Shown: positions 7,153 to 18,461 of the stretch, one piece after another
Layout of the letters: each line of letters begins with the position of its first letter
Position numbering within the stretch: the stretch's first letter is position 1
Source of the DNA: a virus
Lineage: Duplodnaviria; Caudoviricetes
Direction: 5' to 3' (one strand)
DNA length: 64,000 bases
Virus record (IMG/VR): IMGVR_UViG_2540341035_000003
Span: 1,940-65,939 of that record
Made by a program: the position numbers and the translations under genes
The notes under the pieces: generated by a model
Told to the model about the DNA's origin: nothing
Databases searched by the model: none
Seen by the model: only the letters and a program-made list of their open reading frames with translations

Positions 7153-9744
7153 ATGACCAATATCGTTGGCCTAGGCCCAGTCCAAGACCCCATCAACACC
7201 ACAGGAACCCAGCGTCTCCGTGACAGCGCGAAGCTCGCTGACGGCCTCGATGTGGTGCGTCCTGTGGAGCTTCGGCCGGTGGCCTCGCCCGTGGAGACCT
7301 ACGCGCACCCGGCCCAGGCCCCCATCAACCACGACCTGGAGAACCTCATCAGCGGTCTCTCCAGCCTCAACCAGGGCCTGAACCACTTCTCTGCGGTGCA
7401 GGCTAGGGACGCTCGACGCGGCGCTAAGGAGGTCGATAAGGACCAGATCGCGGTCGCCTTCGCGGGCAAGTCCCCGGAGGAAGTGAACCAGATCATCCAG
7501 ACCAACCCGCTGTTCCAGAAGGCGGTCAACGCCCAGTACGGTGGTCAGCTCCAGGCTCGATCTCAGGGTGACGCTGACGCTGCGTGGTGGACCAACCACC
7601 TCAACACCGGCTTCGACTTCCAGAACGGGGACTTCAACAAGGAGTACGACGAGTACGTAGCCAAGCGGACGCTCCAGTTCGGTGCGAACAAGGGCTACGC
7701 CTCCAGCTACATGGAGCAAATGGCTGGTGCCAAGTCCAGCTTGATGCAGTCCGTCCTGAAGAAGCAGGCCGAGATCGCCCAGTACGGGCAGCAGCAGACC
7801 ACTCAGGACGGGATGGCCTCGATCATCCGGCAGTCGGTGAACACCGGGCAGAGCCAAGAGGGCCTTGTCAACGATGTCTCCAACTTCATCAGGAACAACA
7901 AAGACATCTCTCGGCTGCCCTACAAGGAGCAGCAGCAGTACATCCTGAACGGCCTCACCCCGCTGATGCAGGATATGGATCAGCGTCCCGAGATGCGGGA
8001 CAAGATCTATGATGCCGTGAACACCGTACTGACCGCCCCGCGTAAGGGTGAGGATGGTGTTGAGCGCCGCCTGATCGATGCCCCTCAGGGTATGGGAGAG
8101 GCGTATCAGGGTAAGCTGGCCGAGTTCTCTAAGAAGCGCGGCGAGCTGAACGACCGATACCTCACGGAGGAAAAGACCAAATGGGATTTCAACGCCGAGC
8201 ACGATCCTGCTTCCTTTACGGACCAGCAGCTCGATCAGTGGAACGCACAGCACGCCTTTACGATGAGTCCAGGCCAAGTGGAAGGCTTGAAGCTGAAGCG
8301 GGCCAACAGCCTTCGGAAGCTGGCGCTGAAGCAACAGGCTGATCTGGCTCAGGAGAAGGCAGACGGCTTCAAGGCCAACGTCACACAGCAAAACCTTCAG
8401 AGCCTAGAGAACGGTGACTTCCTCATGCCGGGCGAACGTGAGGTGCCCACAGCTAGGTTCTTCACAGAGAACGACGAACGAGCCACGGAGAAGTTCACCG
8501 CTGATGCCCAACGCGAAGCGGTGATGACCGCGTACGGCAAGAAGCTGGACTTCGCAGAGAACCAGTTGGTCAACGCCAAGAAGATGACTCCTGAGCAGGC
8601 CAAGCAGTGGCGCATGGGTCAGGAGCTGGCAACCTACTCGCTGAACAGCATGGTCCCCAAAGAGTGGAAGCAGGAAATCGCAAACGGAGCAAACCAGCTC
8701 ACCAGCGCAGCTCAGGTGGCCAGCAAGGAGATGCCGCAAGGCGCCCTACAGGCGTTCGAGCGTTACAAGCTCATCGCCAACAAGGCCCCCAACCTTCTCA
8801 CTTTGGTGGCCGATGAGCGTGCTCGATCCATCTTCGAGACCGCTATGATTGCGGATGGATCACCGACAGAGCAGCTTCGCGGCGCTCTTCAGTACTACGC
8901 TAACCGCGATGACAAGCGGGACGCTGTAGCTTTCAAGAAGGTGTCTGAAGCTGTCGAGAAGATGGCTGGTCCAGGTTGGATTGACACCTTCAAGAGCTGG
9001 TTCGGCGGGGAAATCCCGGAGAACATCGGCGCCCTCAACGGCGAAGTAGAGAAGCGGGCGAGTTATCTGGTCCAGGCTTACCACCTGACGCCGGACAATG
9101 CGGTGAAGCGATCAGTCGAAAGCCTTCGCTCTCACTACGCCATCATCAACGGATGGGCAGTCAACACCAACGATAAGAGGTTGCCCGCTGATTTCGACAG
9201 GCTGGCCGAGCGATACATCTCCGATCTGGTCACGAAGTACGGGCCAGCGAAGTTCGATGCTCAGTCAGCCAGCGATCTGACGCTGATGGGCATGCCTGAC
9301 GGTACGTTCCAGCTGTTTAACAAGCGGCATCTGTACCCTGCGCTTGAGCCTACCCCCATCGAATGGAAGGATGGCTCTAACAGGGATGGCCGGTTCCTAA
9401 CGGCCGATATGCTCCGAGACCTTGCTGCTCAGGAGAGAACGAAGACCGAGCTGCGGGCCGTTCGTCAGAGTGAGAACCGCTTGAAGCCGCTCTTTGTCGT
9501 GCCGGGTACGTCGGTCGGCATCGGACCGGTGAGAGGTGGCGCCTACACGCCCCAGGAGGTGGAAACCATCAACCGGAACATCGAGGAGCAGGGGCGGCCC
9601 AGCGTCGAGAAGACAAAGCAGAACGCCGATTGGGTGCGGCAGGTGGACGAACATGCCGCCTCTCAGCAGACGCCGGTTCCGCCACGGACGCCGATGCCCA
9701 GCCCATTCAAACCCTCGATCATCCTCAGGGACAGCAAGCGCTAA
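7153..9744 (+). CDS. Large helical protein (863 aa), possible podophage internal virion/ejection protein
   Basis: ATG at 7153 with AGGA SD; long Q/A/K-rich helical sequence; the N-terminal LRPVASPVETY..P..L..L..GLSSL pattern recalls gp15-like proteins. The CDS is certain, the function is tentative. Confidence 0.5.
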   Translation: MTNIVGLGPVQDPINTTGTQRLRDSAKLADGLDVVRPVELRPVASPVETYAHPAQAPINHDLENLISGLSSLNQGLNHFSAVQARDARRGAKEVDKDQIAVAFAGKSPEEVNQIIQTNPLFQKAVNAQYGGQLQARSQGDADAAWWTNHLNTGFDFQNGDFNKEYDEYVAKRTLQFGANKGYASSYMEQMAGAKSSLMQSVLKKQAEIAQYGQQQTTQDGMASIIRQSVNTGQSQEGLVNDVSNFIRNNKDISRLPYKEQQQYILNGLTPLMQDMDQRPEMRDKIYDAVNTVLTAPRKGEDGVERRLIDAPQGMGEAYQGKLAEFSKKRGELNDRYLTEEKTKWDFNAEHDPASFTDQQLDQWNAQHAFTMSPGQVEGLKLKRANSLRKLALKQQADLAQEKADGFKANVTQQNLQSLENGDFLMPGEREVPTARFFTENDERATEKFTADAQREAVMTAYGKKLDFAENQLVNAKKMTPEQAKQWRMGQELATYSLNSMVPKEWKQEIANGANQLTSAAQVASKEMPQGALQAFERYKLIANKAPNLLTLVADERARSIFETAMIADGSPTEQLRGALQYYANRDDKRDAVAFKKVSEAVEKMAGPGWIDTFKSWFGGEIPENIGALNGEVEKRASYLVQAYHLTPDNAVKRSVESLRSHYAIINGWAVNTNDKRLPADFDRLAERYISDLVTKYGPAKFDAQSASDLTLMGMPDGTFQLFNKRHLYPALEPTPIEWKDGSNRDGRFLTADMLRDLAAQERTKTELRAVRQSENRLKPLFVVPGTSVGIGPVRGGAYTPQEVETINRNIEEQGRPSVEKTKQNADWVRQVDEHAASQQTPVPPRTPMPSPFKPSIILRDSKR

Positions 9745-9770
9745 GCGATTCGAAAGGTCAGCTACTGCAC

Positions 9771-9799
9771 GGGTGGCGCCCCATTCCAGGGTGCCACCC
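9771..9799 (+). terminator. GC-rich hairpin between convergent genes
   Basis: GGGTGGCGCCC-N7-GGGTGCCACCC; weak U tract. Confidence 0.5.
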
Positions 9800-9936
9800 T
9801 TCATACTTCACGAGAGGAGCGCGCATCATGTCAGGCGAGGCCGACCACATCCGCTTCGATAAACGATCACGACCCAGCTTCTGGTGCTGCCCGACCTTAT
9901 GCTGCGCCCCATACACATAAGTCATCTAAGAGCAGT

Positions 9937-11139
9937 CTATCGCTTCGATTGGTGCCACCCAAAGAGATTTATCACTTCGCCTTCAGAACTTTGGGTAGTC
10001 CGCCGCTGAAGAGGAAAACTCACGACATCTCCATCACTTCGAAGCCACCCACGAGGAAGACTTGTAAGTGTTTCGATATCGCTAGCAGGGATGATAAACT
10101 CGTTCTCCATGAGTTCCATCTTACTGCGTTCGCCACTTTCAACCAAATCCTTGATTGCGCGAGCCAAAAGTTTGGGCGGATCTTCGGGAAACTCACGATC
10201 TAGCGGCTCCCCACGGTTCCATCCTTTGGCGCTGTAATGCTTGTATAACTGCGTTGACGTCACATCGGTGATAATCCCGAGATCAGTGCAACGCTTAATC
10301 ATCGCCTTGACTGAGACACGCCACCTTTCTTTCATGGTGAGCAGGCCGTTGAGAGTCGGGTAACGCGCCTCTAAGGAAAACGTCCTGCCTGGCATCAGAA
10401 AAGCACTAGCTAAACGAAAGGCTTGCGTCTCGATGAGGTCGAAATCTCGCTCGAACGCAGCCTGATCTACTCCACGATGTAAAATTGCATGGCCCATCTC
10501 ATGAGCCGCATCCATTTGCGACCGAAAGAAAGACTGCTTGTCAGTTGCTAAGAGAATGTATGGACGCTCGTCAACTTCCGACCAATGACATAGGCCATCG
10601 AGTCGACCAGATCCGACCTCATCTCTAGCTACAACAAAGCCATGAGCTTCCAGCACACCAACCATGCTGGAGATTGGCCCCTCTCCTAAATGCCAATGCG
10701 CCCGAAGCGTCACAGCGATCTCTTCGATATCCTCATCTCGCAGAGATTTGTATGATATCGATCTCAACGATTCCGGTACATCATAATGAGGGAAATCAAA
10801 ATAATGCTGGAGCACAAGTGATATATCTGTCGTCCACTTAAGACGCGCCCGGACAGCACTTTGCACGCCCTTCTCGACACTCTTACGCGCGCGGGCGAAG
10901 AAGGCACCGTGCCCAGTCGCTTGGACAGGACGCAAGAAGTAGCTTCGCCTTACATTTAGCTGAGCTGCAAGAGCGTCAAGGGTTTCCGGCTCAGGGGTCG
11001 CCTCGCCGGTTTCCCAGCGAGACACAGTGCTGCGAGGCTTCCCGATGAGATTAGCCAGCGCCAATTGGGTGGCTATTCCTCGGGCCTCTCTAGCTTCTAC
11101 AAGGCGTTCGGGCACAAAGCCCGGCGTCCCGGCTCGCAT
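9937..11139 (-). CDS. XRE-HTH + ImmA/IrrE (M78) metallopeptidase; RmrA-like antitoxin candidate
   Basis: ERLVEAREARG..LANLIG..STVSRWETG HTH; AHEMGH zincin motif; E.QA..LASAFLMP; ATG at 11139 with GGAG SD. Confidence 0.88.
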   Translation of the reverse strand: MRAGTPGFVPERLVEAREARGIATQLALANLIGKPRSTVSRWETGEATPEPETLDALAAQLNVRRSYFLRPVQATGHGAFFARARKSVEKGVQSAVRARLKWTTDISLVLQHYFDFPHYDVPESLRSISYKSLRDEDIEEIAVTLRAHWHLGEGPISSMVGVLEAHGFVVARDEVGSGRLDGLCHWSEVDERPYILLATDKQSFFRSQMDAAHEMGHAILHRGVDQAAFERDFDLIETQAFRLASAFLMPGRTFSLEARYPTLNGLLTMKERWRVSVKAMIKRCTDLGIITDVTSTQLYKHYSAKGWNRGEPLDREFPEDPPKLLARAIKDLVESGERSKMELMENEFIIPASDIETLTSLPRGWLRSDGDVVSFPLQRRTTQSSEGEVINLFGWHQSKR

Positions 11140-11202
11140 CGTTTTCTCCACGGCACCGTTCAGCTTGCAGGTACCTTATCTTCGTGCGCGGAGTAGCTTG
11201 CC

Positions 11203-11892
11203 TCACGCACCCTGACCACCCGATTTTTTGTCGCTTCTATCCGGCGCATCTTCCGGCGCACGATACGGCTCGGCCTTCTTACGCCTGAGCTGGATCGGCT
11301 CGCTGACGGGAACTGCGGCCGGGGCGTAACGCGCCTTGTAGGCCTCAAGCGATTCATAGAAGCGAAATTCTTGATGCCGGCTATCTACCAACGCGATAGC
11401 TATTTCCCCGATCCCATCTTCTTGCTGTCGGTTTGGGCAGACCAAGAGGAACACGGCCAGCGGCTGACTGGTTAGCTTCTCAGCAGCGGTCGGATCGAAC
11501 AAATCGACTGTAGAATCAATGTGTCGATTGAGCTTCTCCAGCAGCCGCTTTCTCGACTTATTCGTGGAGGGAAGCGTCCCTGACTCAGCAATGGAGGCCC
11601 TCACAACCACGGCGGTGCCAATGCGAGCATGAGCCTGATGGAGGTACGCGTCCGTGCCCTCAACCGAACCAACTTCGCTCGCCGCATAACCGTTTTGGTG
11701 TGCCACCTCCACCAGCGCATGCTCGATAATGCCGGTCCGCAACTGACCAACGATACGGGGGCGGCTGCGTGAACCGAGCCTAGCTTCCCGCGTCCGATCC
11801 TTCGCCTCGCTACCGGCTGCCCTAATCCGCTCCTCCAGATCGAGAATGAACCCTAAAGGAATCACACGTACCAGTTCAGCTCCGAGGTCCAT
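11203..11892 (-). CDS. Hypothetical protein, putative toxin partner of the ImmA/IrrE gene
   Basis: 229 aa from ATG 11892, co-oriented and immediately upstream of XRE-ImmA. Confidence 0.6.
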   Translation of the reverse strand: MDLGAELVRVIPLGFILDLEERIRAAGSEAKDRTREARLGSRSRPRIVGQLRTGIIEHALVEVAHQNGYAASEVGSVEGTDAYLHQAHARIGTAVVVRASIAESGTLPSTNKSRKRLLEKLNRHIDSTVDLFDPTAAEKLTSQPLAVFLLVCPNRQQEDGIGEIAIALVDSRHQEFRFYESLEAYKARYAPAAVPVSEPIQLRRKKAEPYRAPEDAPDRSDKKSGGQGA

Positions 11893-12080
11893 AACGAGGC
11901 CTTTCGCCGGAATTCCGTTATATGGGATTCTTACTCGATTTTGTCCCGGAAAGCAAGCCGCTGGGCTGGCCATCCCTAAACAGGCGGCCGGTCGCTTAGA
12001 CCACCGGCTGAGTTGCATGTGACGGGCCTTGTATCAGGGAGGTCCTGAACAGCTTGGGAACTTCGTTTTTCCTCGCCAAC

Positions 12081-12180
12081 CGCTACAAAGGACGCTACAA
12101 AGGCCGATCGAGGCGTCCGGAAAACATCAACGATTACAACGGTCAGGACTGGTATGGAGGGTCTCCCGCCGTCCGCGCCA
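12081..12180 (+). other. att-like island end: tandem arm-type repeats plus tRNA 3'-end remnant
   Basis: CGCTACAAAGG x2 (12081-12091, 12093-12103); TCCCGCCGTCCGCGCCA (12164-12180) has T-stem/acceptor/CCA form. Confidence 0.45.
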
Positions 12181-12392
12181 ACTACGCGGTGATGCTCGCC
12201 ATGCATCCTGGCATCAAGGCTCGTCGGCTTGCTCGTGGGCACATGCCTCAAGGCTCATCGGATTGCCGTCTGCGGCTGCAATGACTTCGATCTACGGCTC
12301 CTCGCTTCTAGTACGGCGAACAGCCCTAAGACCGTAGCGAATCAACCGTCGTCATGCGGCGGCCGGCGTCCAAGCGCGGGATGCAAATCGCC

Positions 12393-12788
12393 TCAGCTAC
12401 CCTTTGGCTCGTCCTTCGCACGCTGCATCTCGGCCGCCTTTGTGAGCAGGCGTTCAACCTCATCCGCCGTACGAGCCTCGGCCTCGACATCGCCGACCTT
12501 AAGCCGGACCTTCCGACCTGCCCGACCCTGCAACCAAGCGACGAGGATCACACCAAGGGTCGGTCCAACGGCTTGGGCGAGGGGAATGATGTACTCGGGG
12601 AGCGCGAACCCCATGGCATCGGCGCTATCGAACGCCATGCCCCGTTGCGAATACCGCACACCTGAGCGGTGAAGTTCTCGACTGATCCCGGCTATGGCGT
12701 CCTGGACCTCACGCCCGTCCATCGGCCCATCGTCGGCCGCACGGAGGAGAGTAAGGTCGAGCGTCGAACCGCCCGTGGCTGCCGTCAT
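12393..12788 (-). CDS. Small membrane-anchored protein, EACC1-like
   Basis: ATG at 12788; LGVILVAWLQGRAGRKVRLKVGDVEAEA resembles effector-associated constant component 1. Confidence 0.5.
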   Translation of the reverse strand: MTAATGGSTLDLTLLRAADDGPMDGREVQDAIAGISRELHRSGVRYSQRGMAFDSADAMGFALPEYIIPLAQAVGPTLGVILVAWLQGRAGRKVRLKVGDVEAEARTADEVERLLTKAAEMQRAKDEPKGS

Positions 12789-12843
12789 GGCCGTTCCCCC
12801 GTCGATCCAAGCGGATCGTTCGGGACCACATAACCACTTGGTC

Positions 12844-12877
12844 GTGGGGTACTCAATCGGGGTATTTGGTGGGGTAC
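12844..12877. repeat. Integrase arm-type repeats downstream of tRNA-Ala
   Basis: GTGGGGTAC at 12844 and 12869, CGGGGTAT at 12858; about 70-100 bp from the tRNA 3' end. Confidence 0.55.
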
Positions 12878-12943
12878 GCGGCGACCTATTTAGTGCCGCT
12901 AAGTCACTGTCCCCGAACATTTATCGAGGTACTGAAGGAAGAA

Positions 12944-13019
12944 TGGTGGAGCCTAACGGGATCGAACCGATGACCTCTTCCATGCCATGGAAGCGCTCTC
13001 CCAGCTGAGCTAAGGCCCC
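12944..13019 (-). tRNA. tRNA-Ala(GGC)
   Basis: GGGGCCTTAGCTCAGCTGGGAGAGCG..CTTCC-ATGGCAT-GGAAG..GGTTCGATCCC..TCCACCA; 76 nt cloverleaf. Confidence 0.97.
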
Positions 13020-13198
13020 ACTTGTCCGCCGCGGTTTGGGTCCCGCGGGGTCTCGCCGTCCGGGTTGCGTCCGGCGACGCCGGTTCTATAGGCGGCTCGT
13101 GACGCGGACTCAACCCCTTTTTTTCGGGATTCTTCGCCGGGACGCCGGCCCCTCTCCGACTCTGCGCAGGGTCTTCGAAGGGACGGCGCAGACGGGAT

Positions 13199-13576
13199 TC
13201 AGCTCTCTTCGTCGGTTTCGATATCGCCGTCGATCAGGTCGGAGACGTCGTCGCCGGAATCCTCCTCCTCGAGGAAGGTGTCGTCCTCGGCGGATTCGCC
13301 GTCCTCGTCGCCGGCCTCGTCCTCGGGCGTGGGATCCGCCTCGTCCTCGGCGGCCTCGACCTCGTCGAGCGAGACCAGCTCCGGACCCTTCTCGTCCGTC
13401 TCATCCTCGTCGTCGGCCTCAGGCCCCCGCGCCAAGGCGGGCGCCGCCACGCGGCTCGCCGCCGCCTGGTAGGCCGCGCCGCATTTCGGGCAGGTGGCGG
13501 GATCGCGGGCGAGGTCGTAGAACTTCGCGCCGCAACTCATGCATTGGCGCTTCATGCCAAGTTCGGGTCGGGCCAC
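13199..13576 (-). CDS. TIGR02300 (FYDLN acid) family protein
   Basis: MARPELGMKRQCMSCGAKFYDL..CPKCG followed by an acidic tail. Confidence 0.93.
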   Translation of the reverse strand: MARPELGMKRQCMSCGAKFYDLARDPATCPKCGAAYQAAASRVAAPALARGPEADDEDETDEKGPELVSLDEVEAAEDEADPTPEDEAGDEDGESAEDDTFLEEEDSGDDVSDLIDGDIETDEES

Positions 13577-13700
13577 GGGCGGACACCTCGTCGTCTCTGC
13601 TGTCTTCGGAAGACGGGCCCGTTAGTCGCGGCCCCAGCCCCTGTCAATCGAGCCGCAGGATCCCGTTTTCGAAGCGGCGCCGGGCGAGTGCGATGGATGA

Positions 13701-15811
<2,111 letters not shown>

Positions 15812-15906
15812 GCGCCACCCACAACCCCGTGTTGACCCCCCGGCCCCGCTCACCTATTGCGAACGCGCCGTCCCCGCGCGGCCGCCCCAGGGCGGTTCCC
15901 GGACGC

Positions 15907-15982
15907 GAGCGCGTAGCTCAGCTGGTAGAGCAACGGACTTTTAATCTGTAGGTCCTGGGTTCGAGTCCCAGCGCGCTCACCA
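15907..15982 (+). tRNA. tRNA-Lys(TTT); prophage integration site (attL)
   Basis: GAGCGCG acceptor, ACGGA-CTTTTAA-TCTGT anticodon arm, GGTTCGAGTCCC, encoded CCA; the integrase ends 94 bp downstream. Confidence 0.96.
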
Positions 15983-16021
15983 CTTTTACCAGCAAACACA
16001 GCGACTTAATTGGATAAGACG

Positions 16022-16069
16022 CTGTGACCACGCTCGGTCTGTGTCCAAGGACCGGGGTGCTGTGTCCAA
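16022..16069 (+). repeat. Integrase arm-binding repeats
   Basis: CTGTGACCA (16022), CTGTGTCCAA (16039, 16060) between the tRNA and the int stop. Confidence 0.6.
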
Positions 16070-16075
16070 ACCCCC

Positions 16076-17326
16076 TCAGGCAGCGCCGGGCCCGAACAGG
16101 TTGGCCCGGGTCTCTTTCCAGCACTCCTCGAGCTTTCGCATGCCGTTGATCGCGAGCCGGCGCTTGTTCACGTCGCGGCTGTAGTGGCGCACCATCTGCT
16201 CGGACATCTCGACGATGGCCGAGACCTCGGCCTCGGTGTTGCCGGCCTCTAGGAGCATGTTCACCGCGTTCTTGCGCAGGCCGTGGAACACGAAGGCGCC
16301 ATCGCGCAGGGTCTTCATCGCGGTCGCCTTGGCCGCGCTGACCTGGGCCGGGCCGCCCTTGCTGGTCTTGGATGTGATCTCGCGCTGCCAGGCCGTGCGG
16401 TAGGCTGCCAGCGTCCACGGCGCGCCATCCTCGCGCAGGTGCAGGGCCGGATGCTCGATGTGCGTCCGGGTCAAGATCTCGCGGTATTCCGAGTGGATCG
16501 GGACGAACACCTCGGCGCCGGTCTTCCGGGCGATCAGCTCGATCGCGTTGGCGCCGGGCGCGGGCCGCAGCATCGTCACGACATCTACCGAGCGCTGGCC
16601 GGTGTAGAGGGCCGAGTAGACCGGCAGGTGCAGGCCCGGGCGGGCGTGCTCAAAGAACGCCTCGAACGCCTTGTCGGACCACGGCTTGTGCGGCTCGACC
16701 TCGTGCTCGACCTTCTCGGTGATGCGGGCGACGTTGCTGGTGCAGTAGCCGCGGGCACCGCCGAACGAGAGCAGCTTCGACAGGACGGCCCGGAAATACC
16801 GGGCGCCTGACGGCGTGCCGGACCGCAGGTCGATCGCCTCCTGGGCGGCCACCGATGTCAGTGCGGCCACGGGCTCGGAGCCCCAGGCGTCCGCAATCGC
16901 CTTCAGGTGGCGATCGTAGTCGCGCTTGGTGAGGTCGGCGAGCTTCTCGTAGGCCGGGTGCGCTCTGTAGGCGCTGATCAGGGCATCGAAGGTCTTGCGC
17001 TCCTTGCCGTCGTCCTGGCGGTCGCGGGTCTCGGTGGCATCGATCGCGGCCCAGAACGCTGCCGGTCCCTCGGCGCCGCGCGGCTGCGGCAGCGGGTAGG
17101 AGCGGCCCGACTCAGCCAGCCATGACCAGGCCCAGCCATCGCCGGTTCGCTCGGCATTCAGGGACTCGCACTGCTTGGCGCGCCGCCAGAAGGCATCGTC
17201 CTGCGGCGAGTCGAGGATCGGCACCACCGGCCAAGCGCGCTCCGTCCCGCGGAACTTCTCGAAGCTGAAATACATCCGGCCGGACGGGTTCGGCCGACCG
17301 CGCACGTGGCGCGGCAGGTCAACCAT
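16076..17326 (-). CDS. int: Tyrosine integrase
   Basis: LYTGQR (R), ARKTG (K), FHGLRKNA (HxxR), MVRHY (Y); probable ATG at 17326. Confidence 0.93.
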   Translation of the reverse strand: MVDLPRHVRGRPNPSGRMYFSFEKFRGTERAWPVVPILDSPQDDAFWRRAKQCESLNAERTGDGWAWSWLAESGRSYPLPQPRGAEGPAAFWAAIDATETRDRQDDGKERKTFDALISAYRAHPAYEKLADLTKRDYDRHLKAIADAWGSEPVAALTSVAAQEAIDLRSGTPSGARYFRAVLSKLLSFGGARGYCTSNVARITEKVEHEVEPHKPWSDKAFEAFFEHARPGLHLPVYSALYTGQRSVDVVTMLRPAPGANAIELIARKTGAEVFVPIHSEYREILTRTHIEHPALHLREDGAPWTLAAYRTAWQREITSKTSKGGPAQVSAAKATAMKTLRDGAFVFHGLRKNAVNMLLEAGNTEAEVSAIVEMSEQMVRHYSRDVNKRRLAINGMRKLEECWKETRANLFGPGAA

Positions 17327-17660
17327 TCCGGCGCCGCTCCGGGGCCTGCCGCCTGTAGGCTTCACGAGCCATCGCTCCCAGATCCTTCTCAGGAGCGACA
17401 CCAGACACCGCCAGATCGGCCGGCGTCAATTCGGGGAACAAGCTCGGGTGCCGGCGCTGCCGCCAGCGATCGACCGCCTCCAGGCAGTACATGCCGGTGT
17501 CCGGATCGGGGCGCGGGAAGCCCCGGGTGAACAGCCGGATCTTGCACGCCTCGAACTGCGTGATGGTCAGGTGCAGCCGCCGCGCCACCTTCTCGGCGGG
17601 AATATCGGCAGGATCGACGGTGAACCGCACAGCTGGTGCACGGGGTACGCTACGCGGCAC
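17319..17660 (-). CDS. Excisionase-like protein
   Basis: GTG with GGAGG SD; VARRLHL..RGFPRPDPDTGMYCLEAVDRW; overlaps the int start. Confidence 0.65.
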   Translation of the reverse strand: MPRSVPRAPAVRFTVDPADIPAEKVARRLHLTITQFEACKIRLFTRGFPRPDPDTGMYCLEAVDRWRQRRHPSLFPELTPADLAVSGVAPEKDLGAMAREAYRRQAPERRRNG

Positions 17661-18273
17661 TGCTTCCTCCCCGCTCGTTTGGTTTCCACAGCACCGGCCG
17701 GGCGTGATCCGGAATTCGCGACCGGCCCCGTGCCATCGGGTGCATCGGCGCACCGTCAGCGGTCAGGCCGAAGCAGTGCACGGCTGGCCACGGCGCCTCG
17801 CCGGTGGTGATCTCCTCGAGCACGTGGTCGACGAACTCAGGATCCCATGCGCCGGCGCCCCAGCAGGCCACGACCAGCGCGGCCGCCTTCGCCTCGCGCA
17901 CGAGCTGCGGCAGGTTGCTGAAGTGGATCACGTCGCGAGCGTGCCAGTCCGGGCCGTTGTCCATGAACTGCGCCCAGGCGCGGCACTTGGCCGGCGACGG
18001 GGTGCGCAGCGGGTAGAGGTTGACCGCGGTGAACCCGCCGTAGCCCCAGGAACGGGCAAAGTGGATCCAGCGGCGCACGGTCGGGTCGTCCTGCCGGTGG
18101 TCGGCCGTGCTCGGGTTGAGGCCGATGAAGCAGACGTGGCCGCCCTCACTCGACCAGGTGCGAGTCAGCGTGAAGCGATAGGCGCCGCAGCGGGACAGGT
18201 TGGCCGAGCGGGCGATGGTGTCGGCGAAGGGCACGCCGAACAGGTCGCGGGTGGCGAGGGCTTCGACAGCCAT
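17650..18273 (-). CDS. DUF1643 family protein
   Basis: YRFTLTRTW, FIGLNPSTAD..DDPTVRR, VNLYPLR, VACWG, HP motifs. Confidence 0.85.
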   Translation of the reverse strand: MAVEALATRDLFGVPFADTIARSANLSRCGAYRFTLTRTWSSEGGHVCFIGLNPSTADHRQDDPTVRRWIHFARSWGYGGFTAVNLYPLRTPSPAKCRAWAQFMDNGPDWHARDVIHFSNLPQLVREAKAAALVVACWGAGAWDPEFVDHVLEEITTGEAPWPAVHCFGLTADGAPMHPMARGRSRIPDHARPVLWKPNERGGSSAA

Positions 18274-18461
18274 CAGAAAATGGGCTCCTGACGTGTCGCC
18301 CCGCATTTCGGGCAGCGATAGCGTTGCTCCGCGGTCTCCGGGCGTCTGCCGGGTCGCACGATCAGATTGCCTTCGGGGCGCCAGTCGTGCCGGCACCAGC
18401 TCTGACGGAGGGCGCGGGCGGCTCCGTCGATCGTCTCGATCAGCTTCGATAGAGATTTCAC
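18273..18461 (-). CDS. Small Zn-finger-like protein
   Basis: CRHDW..YRCPKCG; translationally coupled on both sides. Confidence 0.6.
   Translation of the reverse strand: MKSLSKLIETIDGAARALRQSWCRHDWRPEGNLIVRPGRRPETAEQRYRCPKCGATRQEPIF

Larger units (their letters stand above)
1..12180. mobile_element. Phage-related genomic island (satellite-like or reduced podophage-derived element); left end outside window
   Basis: Lower GC and different codon style from aroA/cmk; contains Rha, a serine recombinase and phage-like orphans; ends in tandem arm-type repeats and a tRNA-3'-end-like att remnant at 12081-12180. Confidence 0.6.
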
